A stretch of DNA of 64,000 nt from Myxococcales bacterium UBA1238. Lineage in GTDB: Bacteria > Myxococcota_A > Bradymonadia > UBA7976 > UBA1532. Where the stretch lies: NCBI GenBank assembly GCA_002309015.1, contig DBWM01000068.1, positions 17,108 through 81,107 of the forward strand, written 5' to 3'. Below, one piece after another: positions 53,983 through 62,836 of the stretch. How positions within the stretch are numbered: the stretch's first letter is position 1; each line of letters opens with the position of its first letter. The translations under genes and the position numbers were made by a program. The notes beneath the pieces are model-generated. The model saw nothing but the letters and a program-made list of their open reading frames with translations. It was not told where the DNA came from and did no database searches.

Positions 53983-55188
53983 TTAAAACGCTGCTCCGTA
54001 CATCACACCACCGGGCAACAATTGCCAGGAGCTCACCTTTTGATTCTGCGATCCTGAGCGATAATCGGGATTGCGATCTTTTTCGTCGATTTGATCGCGC
54101 AGGAATTCCCAGATCACCAATCCAGCCCCGCCCGCTAAAAAGAGGCCTCCAAAGCAGTAACCCACGCGCTCCCAGTTGGCCAAACGATTGAATTTGTCGG
54201 AATCGCGATATTCATCGTCGGCTGCCTGCCAGGCCAAAAGGCCACCTCCGATGGACAAAACACCGAGACCGACCGCAGTCCAGCCGACGGGAGTTCTCCA
54301 ACTGTATGAAAATTCAGACTTTTCCATAAGGGCATCGACAGTAGTGGTCTCGCCTTGTTTCACCGCCACGGATTGCTCCACGCGTCGATAACCGTTCCGC
54401 TCAACAGCAATTTGATGCGATCCGCCCGCCAGCGCGATGGGCGCCTCCAGCGGCGTTAAAGCCATCGGGTTGCCATCCACCAGCAACTGCGCCCCTTTAA
54501 TGGAACAGTCCACAAAAACATACCCCTGCTGACCGTAGGGCGTGAGCTGTAAGTTCAGTCGGTACGGCTTATTTTTTTGGATCTCTATCCTTTGCTGCAC
54601 AGGCAGATAGCCTTCCAGTTCAGCCCACAGCTGATGCGATCCGGGCTCCAGTTTTTTGGAACAAGGCGTATTCCCCACATATCCGTTTTTGCGATCATCG
54701 ATGTAAATGCGCGCACCGCGAGGCTGAGAGGAGACTTCAAACGGGGTCGCCGAAAGATGAGCCGCGCAGGTTTGCTTCAGTTTTGCAGCCTGATCCCGTT
54801 TCGCATTCGCCTGGGTGACCGCCATGTAATGCTCTGAAAACTGAACGCAATCCGACCATTTCTCCAATTGGCTGGAATAGACGGCCATGTTGTAGAGCAG
54901 CTCATTCTTTTGCGAAATCTGATACGCCTGAGTCAAACAATCGAGCGCTTCCTGGTATCGACCCTCCCGAAAGCGTTTTTGCGCTTCCTGCTCCAGGCGA
55001 TTGACGGTTGTATTGTCATCGAGCTCAACCACTCGCACTCGAATCGGCGCCCCTTCGGCCACATCGAAGGGATTCAGCTCGCTGGCCGGAATCACGATGC
55101 GGATCGGCTGTTCCTGCCCAAAAACAGGCCCCCGCAACGCCAGCAAGCCCAACGCCCAAAGCAATGTATAATGCCAAATTTTTAACAT
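53983..55188 (-). CDS. PEGA-domain protein with TPR-like N-terminus and C-terminal TM helices
   Basis: ORF track 53983..55263. ATG 55188 gives the signal peptide MLKIWHYTLLWALGLLALRGPVFG. There are two PEGA-like modules (GARIYIDDRKNGYVGNTPC...LEPGSHQLWAELEGY and GAQLLVDGNPMALTP...GGSHQIAVERNGY). Confidence 0.7.
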   Translation of the reverse strand: MLKIWHYTLLWALGLLALRGPVFGQEQPIRIVIPASELNPFDVAEGAPIRVRVVELDDNTTVNRLEQEAQKRFREGRYQEALDCLTQAYQISQKNELLYNMAVYSSQLEKWSDCVQFSEHYMAVTQANAKRDQAAKLKQTCAAHLSATPFEVSSQPRGARIYIDDRKNGYVGNTPCSKKLEPGSHQLWAELEGYLPVQQRIEIQKNKPYRLNLQLTPYGQQGYVFVDCSIKGAQLLVDGNPMALTPLEAPIALAGGSHQIAVERNGYRRVEQSVAVKQGETTTVDALMEKSEFSYSWRTPVGWTAVGLGVLSIGGGLLAWQAADDEYRDSDKFNRLANWERVGYCFGGLFLAGGAGLVIWEFLRDQIDEKDRNPDYRSGSQNQKVSSWQLLPGGVMYGAAF

Positions 55189-55364
55189 CAGAAGTTTCCC
55201 CCAAAAGCGACTTCTACCACCCCAACCGCGCTCATCCCACAACTTTATGGGCCTGAAAGCCAACTGTCAAAAGCGCAGAAACAAAACCAATTCACTTAGG
55301 ATTCGCCAGTCAAAATAAAGTCGCTTAATATATAGCGAACTTTTTGCCATGCAGAGGAAGTCTC

Positions 55365-56018
55365 ATGGGCGCATTTCAAGGCACATTGACGTATCGACAG
55401 TATTTTATCAACAGTCCCCTTCCCAGGGACTGGCGCGACCGGTTTCAGGCAGGCATCGAAAAATACGCGTTTCAGGAAATTGACGCCGCTTCAGATGCAG
55501 AGCGATCCATCGGTTGGTGCAGCCCGCTCTTTGCTTTAGATACCGAGCTCACCCCCGAAATGTACCTTTATAATGAATATATTGCACTCGCATTGCGCAT
55601 CGACACCCTCAAAGTGCCAGGCCCGCTCCTCAACCTGCAGACCGAAGCCCACGCAAGGCGCCTCATGGCCGAACAAAAGCGCGATGCCCTCAGCCGTTAC
55701 GAGCGCGCAGAACTGAAGGAGCAGGTTAAGGCCGAACTCCGCCGCAAGCTGATGCCCTCGATCAAAACCGTCGATATGGTGTGGCACTGGCAAACGGGCA
55801 TCCTCCAGTTTCACAGCACCAACGAAAAGGTAAATACTGATTTTCTCGAGCTTTTTGAGCAGACTTTCGGTCTCCGGCCCATGCTCGACTGCGCCTATAC
55901 GGCCGCGCTTTACGGCAATCTCGATCTCACCGACGCCGAAAAGAAAGCGCTCGAAAGCATTGAGCCCTGCCAGTTTGTTGACGATGATACGGCGCTGAAC
56001 GCCATGCGAGAGGAATGA
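55365..56018 (+). CDS. RdgC-like protein (resembles the N-terminal two-thirds of recombination-associated RdgC)
   Basis: ORF track 55344..56018. ATG 55365 has GAGGAAG upstream. FQGTLTYRQY...SIGWCSP...LALRIDTLKVP...AEQKRDALSRYERAELKEQVKAELRRKLMP...VWHWQTGIL parallels E. coli RdgC (WFKNLMVYR...GWVPP...LP...AEQARKLKKTEKDSLKDEV...LLP). Confidence 0.55.
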   Translation: MGAFQGTLTYRQYFINSPLPRDWRDRFQAGIEKYAFQEIDAASDAERSIGWCSPLFALDTELTPEMYLYNEYIALALRIDTLKVPGPLLNLQTEAHARRLMAEQKRDALSRYERAELKEQVKAELRRKLMPSIKTVDMVWHWQTGILQFHSTNEKVNTDFLELFEQTFGLRPMLDCAYTAALYGNLDLTDAEKKALESIEPCQFVDDDTALNAMREE

Positions 56019-56611
56019 TGGCACTTCTCGAAAATATACATCACACAGCTTTCCTGGGCGCCGAATTCTTAACCTGGCTGTGGTTTTGCAGCGAACAGGA
56101 TCCCGAAATGCATCTCGGCGACGATATTGAGCCGTTTGAGATCTATTTTGACGATCGACTGGTGGTCGGCTCCCCCACGATCAACGCTCAGGAAAACCTG
56201 TTCAAGGGCGGTCACCCCACCAGCAGCCTTGAGGCTAAGACCGCGTTAAGATTAGGAAAACTTGCCCACGAGGCCAAGGTGCGCATCACGCGCCAAAGCC
56301 AGGAATGGTCCTTTACCCTGCGCGCCGCTCAGCTTTCGCCTTCCGGCATCAAACTGCCCGCAGTGCTGGCCCGCGAAGACGATGAGCGCTTTTACGAACG
56401 CATGTTTTTGCTCGAATCCCTCGATCAGATGCTGAAAGCCCTCTTTTCTTCTTTCCTTCAGCGGCGTTTGGCATCCACTTGGAAAACGGTCGATTTGCCC
56501 GCCATCCAAGCCTGGGTTCGCGGTGAGTCGGTCGAGCGTCCGCCCATGCCCCCTGCGCGCATGCATGCGCGTTATGTGGAATTTGAAGCCCCTCAAGGAG
56601 AAGCGCGCTGA
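56015..56611 (+). CDS. RdgC-like protein (resembles the C-terminal part of RdgC)
   Basis: ATGA overlap with the upstream gene. AEFLTWLWF...WSFTLRAAQLSPSGIKLPAVLAREDDERFYERMFLLESLDQMLKALFSSF parallels the RdgC C-terminus (LTEWV...LKRLKF...[27 protein letters not shown]). Confidence 0.45.
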   Translation: MMALLENIHHTAFLGAEFLTWLWFCSEQDPEMHLGDDIEPFEIYFDDRLVVGSPTINAQENLFKGGHPTSSLEAKTALRLGKLAHEAKVRITRQSQEWSFTLRAAQLSPSGIKLPAVLAREDDERFYERMFLLESLDQMLKALFSSFLQRRLASTWKTVDLPAIQAWVRGESVERPPMPPARMHARYVEFEAPQGEAR

Positions 56612-57399
56612 TGCCCCTGGTCTTTTCTGCCGCTGCCGCCACCGATGTGGGCCGCAAACGCAAAGCGAACGAAGACGCTTATCGCCTGTTACCCCATGAA
56701 AATACATGGATTTTAGCCGACGGCATGGGGGGACATGTGGCCGGTCAGGTCGCCAGCAACATGGCGGTCGAAAAGATCGCCGATTTTATGGAGCGCTGGC
56801 GCCATGAGCCCGATTTTGTGTGGCCTTTTGAGCCCGATCCCCGGCTTTCGGACGAAGCCAACTGCATTCAGATGGCCGTCCGCGTAGCCAACGTGCGCAT
56901 CTTCAACCGGGGCCAAAGCGACGACGCCTGCCAGAACATGGGCACCACCGTCGTCGCGCTCACCTGGAGCGAGCAAGCGGGGCTCATCATCGCCCATGTA
57001 GGCGACAGTCGCTGTTATCGATTGCGACAGGGCAAGTTACAGCAACTGACCGAGGATCACTCGCTGGTCAATCATTTAAAGCGCGTCTTTTCTCTCACCG
57101 ATGAGCAAGCGCGGGCGCGAGCCAGCTCAAACGTGATCGTCCGCGCGGTAGGCCTCGAAGACGATGTGGACGTCGATATTACGCTCGTCAAACCAGAGCC
57201 CGGCGACGTGTATTTATCCTGCTCCGACGGTCTCTCAGATCTCGTAAAAGACGATAAAATTCAATCGGTTATGAACGATCACTTGCCCGACTTAAACGAG
57301 ACTGCGCAAGCTCTCGTGGATGCTGCAAACCAGGCGGGAGGAACCGACAACATCACCGCTGTACTCGTCGCCGCTCTAAACGCATCAGATCCATCATGA
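56611..57399 (+). CDS. PP2C-family Ser/Thr protein phosphatase (paralog of 49503..50267)
   Basis: VGRKRKANEDA...LADGMGGHVAGQVAS...GTTVV...HVGDSRCY...CSDGLSDLV...GGTDNITAVLV. It overlaps the upstream TGA by 1 nt. Confidence 0.9.
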   Translation: MPLVFSAAAATDVGRKRKANEDAYRLLPHENTWILADGMGGHVAGQVASNMAVEKIADFMERWRHEPDFVWPFEPDPRLSDEANCIQMAVRVANVRIFNRGQSDDACQNMGTTVVALTWSEQAGLIIAHVGDSRCYRLRQGKLQQLTEDHSLVNHLKRVFSLTDEQARARASSNVIVRAVGLEDDVDVDITLVKPEPGDVYLSCSDGLSDLVKDDKIQSVMNDHLPDLNETAQALVDAANQAGGTDNITAVLVAALNASDPS

Positions 57400-59012
57400 A
57401 CCACAGCCGCCTTAAATCTTACGCCATCGACGGCGCCTGCTTTTTATGCCTCACCCTTCTCGCGCTTTGGTATCGTTGGCCCGTCACCGAAAGCAACAGT
57501 TTTCACAACGAAGACGCAGCAGGTATCGTTTACAACGCCGAGCTTTTGCTCAAAGGCATGCTCCCATATGTAGACAGCCTGGAACTCAAAGCTCCCGGCG
57601 CATTTTTTATCGTTGCAGGCATCTTTAAACTCTTTGGACGCTCCCTGGCAGCGGTCTCCGGCGTAGCCATTTTTTGGTCGGTTTTAAGCAGTCTGGGCAT
57701 TTTTGTGGGCGCCCGGCAAATCTCAGGACGCCTGGGTGCCGTCATCGCGACCGCCCTCTACGTCTGGTCCTCGCCCATCTCTGACAGCATCGATTTCAAT
57801 TACAACGCCTGGATGATGGCACCTTACGTCTGGTGCGCCTGCTTTGCCCTGCTCGGCTTAAAACGCGGTGGAGCATGGTGGTTTGCAAGCGGATTCTGCG
57901 TTGCTGTCTCTGGACTTATCCGTCGTCAGACCGCCGTCATCTGCCCATTGCTCCTCCTCGCAGTCCTCTTTGCCCAACGCTGCGAACGGCCTGAAAACTG
58001 GCCACCGCTGAACGGCAAATCCGCCAGTCGTCTGCGGAACTTCTTCTGGCTTGCAGGCGGCGTGGTGGCCGGATTCCTGCCGATTGCCCTGTTTTACGCC
58101 GCTCATGGCGAACTCGGCGCTCTGATTCAAAACTACGTGTTCTCGAATATCGGCTGGAAATACATTGGCCAGAGTCAGCTGAGTTTCGCCGACAAATGGA
58201 TTCGCTTTGGCGACGGCCTGCTCGGCTTTCAGGCTTACCTGGTGCTCGCCTTCTGGCTCGGTACTTTCTCGACGCTGCTCGCCATCTTTCGCGGCAGTTC
58301 ACAGCGCCTCATCATCTATTTTAACACCGCTTTTTTTGCTCTCAGCTTCATCGGCGCCGCCTTGGGACTGCGCTTTTTTAAGAGCTACTACATCCAGATG
58401 CTGCCCGCTGCCGTATGGCTGGCCGTAAGCCTGGAGGGCGCCGTTCTCCCATGCTTTAACCGCGATTTCTGGCAGCGCCCGAGCCCGCTTTTTAAGCGGC
58501 GCATGATCATTTTTGCCGCGACCATCGCCCTGGCGATCCCTGCAATCTACAAAGATTACAGGCAGTTGCGCTTCACGCGGCGTTACATTCAGCATGCCTA
58601 CAGCGACACGCTTCCGGTGGCCCAAATCATTCACCAAAACACATCCCCCGACGAGACCATCTGGGTCTGGGGTCGCTGGGCCTGGCCGTTTTATTTTTAT
58701 ACCGATCGCATGTCGCCTTCCCGGCAATACAAATCCCTGGGCATCCTCACCAACGATTTGACCAACACCTGGAAGCGGCCCACCATTCAAACCCATTTTT
58801 TGCCCGATACGCCCTGGCCGGAGCTGATGAGCGATCTCAAAAAGAACCGCCCAGCCTATATCATCCTGTCAAACAATGAGCTATTAGAAGGCTTTGACGC
58901 CTTTCTGGAGTTCCTCGATCAGGACTACAAACCCGTTCACCGGCTTTCGGGAAGGCGCTTTAAAATTTACCGGCGAAAAGATCACCAGAGTCCCAAAATC
59001 GATGCTCCATGA
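57396..59012 (+). CDS. GT39/ArnT-like (PMT_2) polytopic membrane glycosyltransferase
   Basis: ATGA overlap with the PP2C gene. NEDAAGIVYNAELLLKGMLPYVDSLELKAPGAFFIV resembles the ArnT/PMT_2 first-loop motif. It has at least 10 TM segments and a C-terminal soluble domain. Confidence 0.6.
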   Translation: MNHSRLKSYAIDGACFLCLTLLALWYRWPVTESNSFHNEDAAGIVYNAELLLKGMLPYVDSLELKAPGAFFIVAGIFKLFGRSLAAVSGVAIFWSVLSSLGIFVGARQISGRLGAVIATALYVWSSPISDSIDFNYNAWMMAPYVWCACFALLGLKRGGAWWFASGFCVAVSGLIRRQTAVICPLLLLAVLFAQRCERPENWPPLNGKSASRLRNFFWLAGGVVAGFLPIALFYAAHGELGALIQNYVFSNIGWKYIGQSQLSFADKWIRFGDGLLGFQAYLVLAFWLGTFSTLLAIFRGSSQRLIIYFNTAFFALSFIGAALGLRFFKSYYIQMLPAAVWLAVSLEGAVLPCFNRDFWQRPSPLFKRRMIIFAATIALAIPAIYKDYRQLRFTRRYIQHAYSDTLPVAQIIHQNTSPDETIWVWGRWAWPFYFYTDRMSPSRQYKSLGILTNDLTNTWKRPTIQTHFLPDTPWPELMSDLKKNRPAYIILSNNELLEGFDAFLEFLDQDYKPVHRLSGRRFKIYRRKDHQSPKIDAP

Positions 59013-59057
59013 TCTCGCCCATCACGAGAAAACTCTCGTAAAATGAAGGAGTTAGAG

Positions 59058-59843
59058 ATGAACGAAATGAACGCAGAAGCCCTCGGATTTCCGCCCACAC
59101 CGCCCACCAATGTGGCTCACGACGAAAGCGAAGTGCCGAGCGACTGCGGCATGACCGCACTGCCTACCCCGCCGGTGCCCGCGCAAATGACAGACGACAT
59201 CAATCTCGCAAGCTACATCGATCACACGCTGCTCAAGCCCGATGCGACGCGCGAAGATCTGCGCAAAATCGCCGATGAAGCGCGCCAGTACAAGTTCGCC
59301 ACCGTCTGCGTCAACTCCACCAACGTTCGCCTGATGAGCCAGTTCCTGCAGGGTTCCGGCGTTCCGATCTGCTCCGTCATCGGCTTCCCCCTGGGCGCCA
59401 TGACCACCCAGTCCAAGGTGAGCGAGACCCTCGAAGCGCTCCGCTGCGGCGCCTCCGAAATCGACATGGTCATCAATATCGGCGCCCTCAAGAGCCGCGA
59501 TCTGGAATTCGTTTTTAACGACATCAAAGCGGTCGTCGAAGCGGCCGGCCCTGCAGCGGTCAAGGTGATCATCGAGACCTGCAAGCTCACCGACGAAGAA
59601 AAGGTGATCGCCTGCGCGCTTTCAAGCGCTGCCGGAGCCGCATTTGTCAAGACCAGCACTGGATTTGGCGGCGGTGGAGCCACGGTACCCGACATTGCCC
59701 TCATGCGCCGCGTCGTCGGTCCCTACATGGGCGTCAAGGCTTCCGGTGGCGTTCACAGCCGCGATGAAGCGCTCGCCCTCATCGCTGCCGGCGCATCCCG
59801 TATTGGCGCATCCGCCTCGGTCGCCATCGTGACCGCAAAGTAA
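59058..59843 (+). CDS. deoC: Deoxyribose-phosphate aldolase
   Basis: ORF track 59043..59843. ATG 59058 has AAGGAG 6 nt upstream. [12 protein letters not shown]...VCVNS...IGFPLGA...EIDMVINIG...VKVIIET...FVKTSTGF...VKASGG. The N-terminal extension of about 45 aa is Pro-rich. Confidence 0.85.
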   Translation: MNEMNAEALGFPPTPPTNVAHDESEVPSDCGMTALPTPPVPAQMTDDINLASYIDHTLLKPDATREDLRKIADEARQYKFATVCVNSTNVRLMSQFLQGSGVPICSVIGFPLGAMTTQSKVSETLEALRCGASEIDMVINIGALKSRDLEFVFNDIKAVVEAAGPAAVKVIIETCKLTDEEKVIACALSSAAGAAFVKTSTGFGGGGATVPDIALMRRVVGPYMGVKASGGVHSRDEALALIAAGASRIGASASVAIVTAK

Positions 59844-59854
59844 AGGAGTACCCC

Positions 59855-60136
59855 ATGGCCAAGAAAATTGCCGTCAAGCACGCCCATCATTTAACCCGCG
59901 AAGAAGCCTGCGCCAAACTGAAGGAGCTGACCACCCTCATCGCTGAGCGCTACAAGGTGCAGATCCAAATGGCCGGCGACAACCGCGCCAACGTCGAAGG
60001 CCGCGGCGTCAATGGATTCGCGCAGGTCGACGATACACAAGCAGAAATCGACTTAAGCGTAGGCCTTCCCGCAAGCCTCGTCGCAGGCAAAATCGAATCG
60101 ACCATTCAGGAATATATGGCCAAATATTTTGCCTAA
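59855..60136 (+). CDS. Polyhydroxyalkanoic-acid-system family protein (PHA_gran_rgn-like, 93 aa)
   Basis: MAKKIAVKHAHHLTREEACAKLKEL...GFAQVDDTQAEIDLSVGLPASLVAGKIESTIQEYMAKYF matches the small TIGR02610-type family as I remember it. Confidence 0.55.
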   Translation: MAKKIAVKHAHHLTREEACAKLKELTTLIAERYKVQIQMAGDNRANVEGRGVNGFAQVDDTQAEIDLSVGLPASLVAGKIESTIQEYMAKYFA

Positions 60137-60191
60137 TCCGCGCTCAAGCCCGCTCGTCCGATCCCGCCTAAATTCTGTGATTCCTTAACGA

Positions 60192-62639
60192 TTACAAGCA
60201 GTTCAGCATCATCACGGTCATCATCACGAGCTGTGCCACAAAGGGGGCGCAAAGCCCGCCCGAAAGATGCAGCAACAGCGCGTAAGCCCCTCCGCCGAAC
60301 ACCGCCAGCCGAATCACCTCGCCTGCCATAAAGAGCGGCTCCATCTGCAGAATTGCGAAATACGTAAACTGATAAAGACCATAAATGCCGCAAAAAATGC
60401 CAATCCATTTCAGCGGGCGAACCAGGTTTTTCCGTAAAAACCTGCATAAGAACCATAAAAAGAAGATTTGCTCGGCCAGTGTATGGAAAAAGCCCATGCC
60501 AAGCGCCACAGGAAGAGGTGTAGTCGTTTGAATATACGACAGAAAACCGGTCACAGCGCCATAGGGCACTGCCGCCAGAATCCATTTGGGACGCGTGCCC
60601 ACAATCTCCTGCATCACATTTTCGCGCGCCAGAGCGAGCAACCCAATGCACCCCAAAACGCATAAAATTGCGCGTCGAATCCACCACCAGGGATCGTTCA
60701 CCTGGTAATAGAATTCCATGTTGCCCATCACGCGCTGCTCTGAGGGCACTACGCGCTGATCAGAATTGTGGTAACGCTCTTTCTGCAACCTCACCAATTG
60801 ATCAGCGATCACAGATTTTTCAAATGAATCCGCGGTGTTCTCTTCTTTTTGCTCGTCGAACTGAGGCCATTGACGACCTCCGCCCGCAGCGACATTGGCG
60901 CCCACATAAAGCACCACAAACATGAACAACACGCAGCCCAATGTAAGCCAAAACAAGAGACGAATCCGACGTTGATTCGGCTTTAACTTACGCTCTCCCA
61001 ACAACAATCGCTGTTCGGTCTGGGCATCTAAACTCTGCGGATTAAGTTCCAGTACATGCTGCAAAGCTGCACGGGCCGCCTGAACATTGCCCGACAGGCG
61101 ATGAATGCGCGCAAGTGTAAGATATGCGAGTTCAAAGGGTTCATTGTGCAGCAACAGCCCTTCAATGCGCCGAATGGCCGATTGTGCGGCGAACTCCGTT
61201 TGAGGCCCCGCCAAAAAGCGCGCCCAGCATTCCTCAACCGCCAGAGGCGCATCGTCCGGCAAAAGCGACGTCAGTTGCGCGTAAGTTCGCTCTGCTTCAG
61301 CAAAATTTTGTTTTTGAACCAGTGCTCTCGCTTCGGCTTGCAGCGCTTCACAACGCAACTGCTTTTGAATTTTGGGATCCCGGTGATCGAGCCCCAGCTG
61401 GATCGCGCGCTGGTAAATGAGGCTCTCCTCCTCGTGCGAGAGCACCGTCGCCGCCTCTTCCAGCAGGCGCCGGATTTTTTGACGCGCCTCGGTCACCTCG
61501 CGCGAATCGCCCGGTTGTGCCTCCGCCCCATATTGCGAAAGCGCTCTTTGATAAGCGGCGCTCACCTCCTCAACCGAGGCCGCACGCCGCAGATCGAGAA
61601 TCTGGAAGTAATCGAGATCGCAAAGTTTTTTATAACTTTGCATCAGTTCCAGCGCTTGCGTCTGATCCGCATTCAGGCGAACCGGCGCCGCACAGCCCAT
61701 CTTCCAAAACAAGAGCGCTCGCCGCTGCGCATCCTCCAGACGCCACCCAAACCGAGCCATCATCTGCGAAAGCGCGCGCGACAAAGAGCCCGCTGAGGTC
61801 AGAATCTGCAACGCCTGGCGATCCTCATCCCCCAGTCCCAACTCCGCATCGCGCTTTTCAAACGCCACAGAAGACCAGTTTTCCAGCGCCTGAGCGATGC
61901 CTTCGGGCTTTAAAGCGGCCAAAAGCCCAGCCTCCACCAAATCCCTCAGGCTCAAAACCGCAGTCTGCGACTCCCCTTCCGTCGAGCAAACCTCAAAACG
62001 ATAAAAGCCATTCGTTTCCACAAACAAACGAAGCAGGCGATCGACCATCTGCGCAGCAAGCAGAGTTTGAAGCTGAGGATAAGAAAGCGCGCCCAGAGCC
62101 ACCAGGCATTCCCCCAGATGGACGCGCTCGCCTTTTCGGCTTTGATAAGATTTTAACGCCTGCTCAACCGTCTTCTTTTCGACAAAACCTTTTGAAATCA
62201 GCCAGTTACCAAAAAGTTCATCGGAAATATCGGAGCGCACCGCCCATAAAGCCCCCTGACGCATCACCACCGCTTTATGCCCGGATGGGGTCGTTGCAAA
62301 AAGACAGCCATCAAGCCGCTTGCGACCACAATCCGTCAAAACCCTGATGAGGGCATCGAGCTCCAAAGAACCGTGCAGTTCGCCTCGAGCTTGCGGCTGT
62401 GTTAACCAGGTTCTTTTAAAATCCTCTTTAAATTCATCAAGTTGCCCAAGCTCTACCGTCTGGTTTTTGCGTATACAGCGACTCTTTTCAAACCATCTTC
62501 CGGTCGCAATCCCCTTCTTAATCTCATAAACCGAAGCCCAGATTTCCCGACCAGCGGGCGTCAATAACTTCCATTGCGCATCTTTGGCTGAGTTTACTTT
62601 TTTAGACGATGAACCTGCAGGTTGAGCAATTTTGGGCAT
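60192..62639 (-). CDS. Multidomain membrane protein combining GYF-like, DUF4388, degenerate J-domain, TPR, TM and CPBP-like (degenerate) regions
   Basis: N-terminus WKLLTPAGREIWASVYEIKKGIATGRW (GYF_2-like). GSLELDALIRVLTDCGRKRLDGCL (DUF4388). DYFQILDLRRAASVEEVSAAYQRALSQYGAE is J-like without HPD. TPR-like helices follow. The C-terminal helices carry LAEQIFF and LLLHLSGG, where CPBP proteases have EExxxR and FxxxH. Confidence 0.5.
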   Translation of the reverse strand: MPKIAQPAGSSSKKVNSAKDAQWKLLTPAGREIWASVYEIKKGIATGRWFEKSRCIRKNQTVELGQLDEFKEDFKRTWLTQPQARGELHGSLELDALIRVLTDCGRKRLDGCLFATTPSGHKAVVMRQGALWAVRSDISDELFGNWLISKGFVEKKTVEQALKSYQSRKGERVHLGECLVALGALSYPQLQTLLAAQMVDRLLRLFVETNGFYRFEVCSTEGESQTAVLSLRDLVEAGLLAALKPEGIAQALENWSSVAFEKRDAELGLGDEDRQALQILTSAGSLSRALSQMMARFGWRLEDAQRRALLFWKMGCAAPVRLNADQTQALELMQSYKKLCDLDYFQILDLRRAASVEEVSAAYQRALSQYGAEAQPGDSREVTEARQKIRRLLEEAATVLSHEEESLIYQRAIQLGLDHRDPKIQKQLRCEALQAEARALVQKQNFAEAERTYAQLTSLLPDDAPLAVEECWARFLAGPQTEFAAQSAIRRIEGLLLHNEPFELAYLTLARIHRLSGNVQAARAALQHVLELNPQSLDAQTEQRLLLGERKLKPNQRRIRLLFWLTLGCVLFMFVVLYVGANVAAGGGRQWPQFDEQKEENTADSFEKSVIADQLVRLQKERYHNSDQRVVPSEQRVMGNMEFYYQVNDPWWWIRRAILCVLGCIGLLALARENVMQEIVGTRPKWILAAVPYGAVTGFLSYIQTTTPLPVALGMGFFHTLAEQIFFLWFLCRFLRKNLVRPLKWIGIFCGIYGLYQFTYFAILQMEPLFMAGEVIRLAVFGGGAYALLLHLSGGLCAPFVAQLVMMTVMMLNCL

Positions 62640-62836
62640 CTTGTACCCCTATACTATCAACAAGTTTTGACAGTATATCCCTTCAACTGGCCCCAATCAA
62701 TTAAAAAATCCTTTTCTTTTCGCACAGTTAAGGCTTCAACGCGAGAGTCATCATCTGATCCGGGTGAATAGAGATTCAGACAGGGCGTCAACGCAGGCGT
62801 AGTTCACTGGCCGAATACCAATGAGGAGATTTCACC

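Noticed and set aside
55365-56611. The two RdgC-like ORFs as a single frameshifted pseudogene
   Set aside because: The combined length (about 415 aa) greatly exceeds RdgC (303 aa). The junction is a clean ATGA overlap like many others in this window, and both ORFs are intact. The idea is not fully excluded without read-level data.
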